From the human T2T-CHM13v2.0 reference genome, Homo sapiens: a stretch of DNA of 64,000 nt. Shown here piece after piece: positions 59,501 to 64,000 of this stretch. The position numbers and the translations under genes were made by a program. The notes below the pieces were generated by a model. It saw only the letters and a program-made list of their open reading frames with translations. It did no database searches and was not told the origin of the DNA. Location: assembly GCF_009914755.1 (NCBI RefSeq), contig NC_060930.1. One strand, 5' to 3'. Within the stretch, counting starts at the first letter, position 1; the number at the start of each line of letters is the position of its first letter.

Positions 59501-61179
59501 TCCCTCAATAATTTTTTTAGCCATTTTGTAATATATTTCACAATTCATGGTAAAGTGTAGGAGATTTGACAAAAACAAAATATATACTCATTCTCTTATT
59601 TTCAAGAAATGAAATCATTTACAATTCTTTTGTGTCAAACAACATTTATACCTCATTTGATTTCTAATTTAACAAATATAAATGGTCCCAGATCAAATAA
59701 AGTGAAGACAGGTTGAATTTATCCCCATTTATATATGTTGTCACAGGCCCTCAGGCTATGAGGAGTGAAACTCCAAAATCTCAAAGCTGTGCTCCTCAAT
59801 ACACAAAAGAAGTAACTGTGATCTTCCAAAGAATTATTAAAGAAAATATGTTTTGGTCATAATAGAAATAATAGAGAAAAACTGTCTGCTTTTCTAGAAT
59901 GGGCAATTCTAAGCAAAAAATCATTTGTTTAAACTTCAAAAAAATGGGTGTATGTTACACTTATAAGGTGAAGGCATATTGAGAGTGATGTTCTTAAGCA
60001 GAATAGATTCAATATAGGTGATAGGAAACACACCCTTGCTAATCTGGAGTCTAGAATTAGAGCTACTTAAAGTCTATTGAGGGACCATAATATGGTAGTT
60101 CTAATTATTATGAAAAAGATATATATGCTTGCACATATACACACTGATAGGAATTATTATAACCAAACTAAGTACAATTATAATAGTTATTATTACAAGT
60201 AATATGAGAAACTTAAAGTTCATTAGATTGAAGAAGTACAACATGTATTCACTCACTGCTTAGGTCCTAGAGCTTCAAAATTAATTCATTTTCAGATTGC
60301 CTTTCACAGTTTGTTAGACAGTGGCCCTTCAGAGTATAGTCACCTCTGGCACCATTTTCAATGAGGAGGATGCACTCTAATAGCTAGTTACTGGTGTAGT
60401 GAAGTGGCTTTCAATGCTCGGGAGCCACAAAACGCCCAAGAGTGAAGACAGTTCGAAAGGACTGAAGATACTGCCTAAGAACAGGAAGCTGCTGTATGAG
60501 GAATATATGCATCTGCAGGTGTAAAATGGGCTGGTAGACTTCAGGAACTACAGATCATAGGATCTGTCACAATTTTATGAGCAATCTCGCCAAAGTTTTG
60601 TAGTTGGGCCTATTTTCCATGAGGACGCACTTCCAAATTAATACAAGAAAAACGGAAAACTACATAAAACCAGCTATTGCATGAAGCAAAAAATGTCTGT
60701 AAGACTTTCTGTTAAAGGCCTTTCTGTCTCTACAATCAGTTCTTTCAGGGAATATCTCAAAATATTTGTTCTCTTTTAATAAAAGTTGTTGCATTGATAA
60801 AAAAGATCAAGAGATGAAAGTTAAGTGATGGCATGACAATATGAGAGAGAAGGTCAGATCTATACCCAATAGACCCTTCTTCTGATTCAACCATTTTTCC
60901 TTTTTACTTTTTTAAATTCAAAAAAAAATCCTTACTTTTATTAGTAGAAATCTGTTCAAACAAATTCAATAGACTATTTTATAATTGTTTTACTAGGGTA
61001 AAATGTCATCATCTATACATTGCTTGAAAAAGTGGTTTAGAAAGTGTTTTTGTATTTTCGTTATTTTGTTGTAATATGTTTTCACCTGAAAACATCAAAG
61101 AATATGGTCCCAATTATGATTTTATTATTTGAATATTACATTGAAAACAGCCCAGGCAAATTCAAACTCAGGAAGTACA

Positions 61180-61420
61180 GCTTAGCGAGTGGGAGATCAG
61201 ATTTTAAAGTCAGAGAGACTTGCATTGCAAGCTGGCTCTGCCACTTTCTAGCTGCAAAACACAGACAAGTTACTTATCCTCCCTCTGAATCATTTTTTTC
61301 ATTGTCAAAGGGATTGGAAATGGTACTTAATTCATAAGCTGATGGAGAGGGCTAAGTTAGATGACGTATGCACAGAGTGAGAGAAAAACACATGTTAATA
61401 AATACAAGCTGTTACATTCC
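61180..61420 (+). mobile_element. MIR SINE
   Basis: ggctctgccactttctagctg...caagttacttatcctccctctgaatc...ggtacttaattcataag. Confidence 0.8.
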
Positions 61421-62969
61421 TATAATTTTAAAAAGAGAATTTTTAAAGCTACCTTCCAGTCTCCTTTTGCCTTTTATGGCTCTATCCTTATCTCAAACCA
61501 GTGTTTGTCTAGTATTCTGGAACAGCACCTGAAGTGTTGCAAACATTCATAATAAACACTGTTGAAAGAGACAAGTTACAGGTGAAGAAAATGCTGGAAG
61601 GTAGAAATGACAACCTATGTTTTCAAGAAAATATCAGCAAGAAAGAAATGCACATACATAAGTACATATACATCTGTGTGTGCCTGTGCACATGTGTCTA
61701 TGAATAGAGCACCTATATTTTCCACCAATCAAGAAAAAAACCCAACCTGAAAATCTAAGATTATTTTCCTGTTCATCTATTCTTAACTTTCTCTTCATTT
61801 CTTTTATAATATAATATTCGCCATCATCACCCTACACCTTCTCTCTACCTTCTTACTTTTTAATGTTAATTTTATTTATTTATTTATTTAGCTAGCTAGC
61901 AAATCTTGCCTGCCAGCTTTAAACAAACTGATGTTCATGGGTTAAACACAGGAGCAGCCAACAGCATTCTTTGCAGATGCAATTCCTGGCACACTCTTTA
62001 CCCAGAATGATAAACTTATCACCTCTCCAGCCCTCAGTTTGAAGCTGCAGCAGTAATTTCTGCTGGGTGCCAAAACTAAAATGAATGTGACTGTGCCATG
62101 CCCTGCTCTGAGCTGTGGCTATAATGAGATTTGAATGGGAAGCCCCGGACACAATAAATCTGCGCCATATGTGACCATTTCCTGTGTCAGTTCCTTTCTC
62201 ATAACCAGTGGAGAATTTTTTTCCCTCTCATGACCCCACACCATGACTCTGAAATCTTTCATGGCTGCTTATGGGCCTCAGGCTTTTTGCAGCAGTTGTA
62301 TAAATAAATGAATTTGACAGCAAACATCATAACAGTTAGCAGTAATGTGTGTTCGCCACAAGTGCCTATACTACTCACTGGAGAAATGGCACAGGAAACA
62401 GCTTGTTTTGTTACCTAAACAAAAGTAGTTTCGTTTGACAAGTGGTGAAAGAATTAGTCAAATAAACTTGAAATCCACTAGGACTTTTTTTTTTTTTGCC
62501 AACTCTCCCTGCCAGGGGAATGTTCCCAGCTCCTGAGTGCCCATGACTCACAGAAGGTAAATTTCTCCCTTTTTATTCTGAGATAAAGATCTGCACTGGG
62601 AATACAAAACCTTCGACTGATATTTTATATTAATCTTTTCAAGGCAAGAGTGTCATGCATGGGAACTCAGGTAGTCAAGAATTTCCAAGGAAGCCTGTGG
62701 TAGAAATGCCAAGCAGGATGTTTCGGGAGGAAAGGAAAGGTGGTAATAATGACCCAACTCGGTGATTCCCATTGAAAGCAAATTGAAGCTTACAAGTGCT
62801 TCTTTTCCTTTCACACTGCCTTTATTCAGGAACAAAAAATCTCTACACAAGTTGCTGAAGGAAAGGAAATTAGCATTTTCTCTGCATCTCATTTCTCCAC
62901 CCTTCCTCTGGCATCTTAATGCCAATCCTGTTGTCTCTGCTGTGAAAGATGTTATACCACAGTGATTAT

Positions 62970-63200
62970 TCTCAGGACTCTGGAGCAAACTGCCTAGGTT
63001 CAAATCCTGGCTCTGCTTCTTACCCTCTGTGTAACTCTAGGCAAATAACTTGGCCTCATTGCATCTCAGTTTTCTCCTTTGCAAAGTAGGAATAATAATG
63101 CTACGGTATCAAGCTCCTAAGGTGTCTGTGCCAATTAAATGTATTTTAAAAGGCTCAGAACAGTATCTAAAGCATAATATATATTATTATTATTATTATG
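62970..63200 (+). mobile_element. MIR SINE
   Basis: ggactctggagcaaactgcctaggttcaaatcctggctctgc...ctcagttttctcctttgcaaagtaggaataataat. Confidence 0.9.
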
Positions 63201-64000
63201 CCAAACAGAGAGATTTGGAAAATAGTCTCTCTAGCAGTACTAGAAATTTTTTCCACGATGGCTTGATATTGGCAGCTAATCTCAGAAATGAAATTTAAAA
63301 CTTTTTGGGGAAAATCATAATAGGAGCTTCATGTAAACCATTATGATTAATTTCAAGGTACAGTACAACACTACTTGAAATAAAAATATCACCTGGACCT
63401 TGAAATTTTTTCTTATATGAAGGTTATTTTCACACTTTTAAAGGTGTTTACACTTTATCATAAGTGGCCAAGTAACTATTGCCCCTAGAATCTTCTCATA
63501 TTGCACAGAAGTATCACTGATTAGGAGAGCAAAACTCAAGAGTTATCACAAACTAATAAATCTTAGTCCAGGTATATGTTCTATTTTGGTTTTGGTTTTG
63601 TTTTTAATTTAATTATTAAAATGCATTCACTGAAGTATTTTGCTTGTGTGACAATTACAAGAAAGTGCCATAAAATTTTAGAAGGTATGGACAGTAATCA
63701 ACATGAACAATAATTTCCTATTACAGACAGCCTGCTACCTACACTATAGATTCCCAGTGTCTTTATTTTAATTAAATAAAAAATCCACTTGAATATACAT
63801 TTCTCCATATTTAAACTTCCAGACTATAGTGAAAAGTCACAAATATAAACAAATTAAACTATTGTAAAGATAAATGAACGGTTAACGTTTTGCTCTGAGA
63901 GCAATGCCAATAAAACTTGAAAGGGTGTTAACTGAGGGTAAAAAAAAACATATGCCTTTATAAGACAATGAAGAACCAGTAGGGGGACAGAATAAATATA

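Overview
This is human (primate) genomic DNA covering the 3' part of PKHD1 (fibrocystin/polyductin, the ARPKD gene) on the minus strand. Seven coding exons can be delimited from GT/AG boundaries and a continuous reading frame: exon 61 (43018-42001), 62 (32595-32460), 63 (31493-31406), 64 (22331-22224), 65 (16095-15937, transmembrane helix), 66 (10488-10369) and 67 (2893 to stop at 2454). Exon and residue numbers follow the canonical 4074-aa isoform from memory. The 3' UTR runs off the left edge and intron 60 runs off the right edge. The rest is intronic: about ten Alu/FAM elements, a 5.4-kb inactive L1PA3-like element, several truncated or inverted L1s, MIR/L2, hAT DNA-transposon relics, LTRs and simple repeats. 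There is no prokaryotic-type system (CRISPR etc.), and I see no convincing new gene. The most interesting unexplained structures are: (i) three independent L1 copies whose breakpoints fall within about 20 nt of the same small ORF2 hairpin, one with a 7-nt micro-inversion; (ii) a roughly 200-bp-arm non-Alu inverted repeat next to exon 64; (iii) a degenerate 18-bp minisatellite made of splice-signal-like units; (iv) a near-duplicate splice donor 14 nt past exon 62; (v) an L1 3' UTR interrupted by about 650 bp of foreign genomic DNA; and (vi) several repeat-free, CpG/TAAT-rich candidate enhancers. Repeat subfamily calls are by eye and need RepeatMasker/Dfam confirmation.
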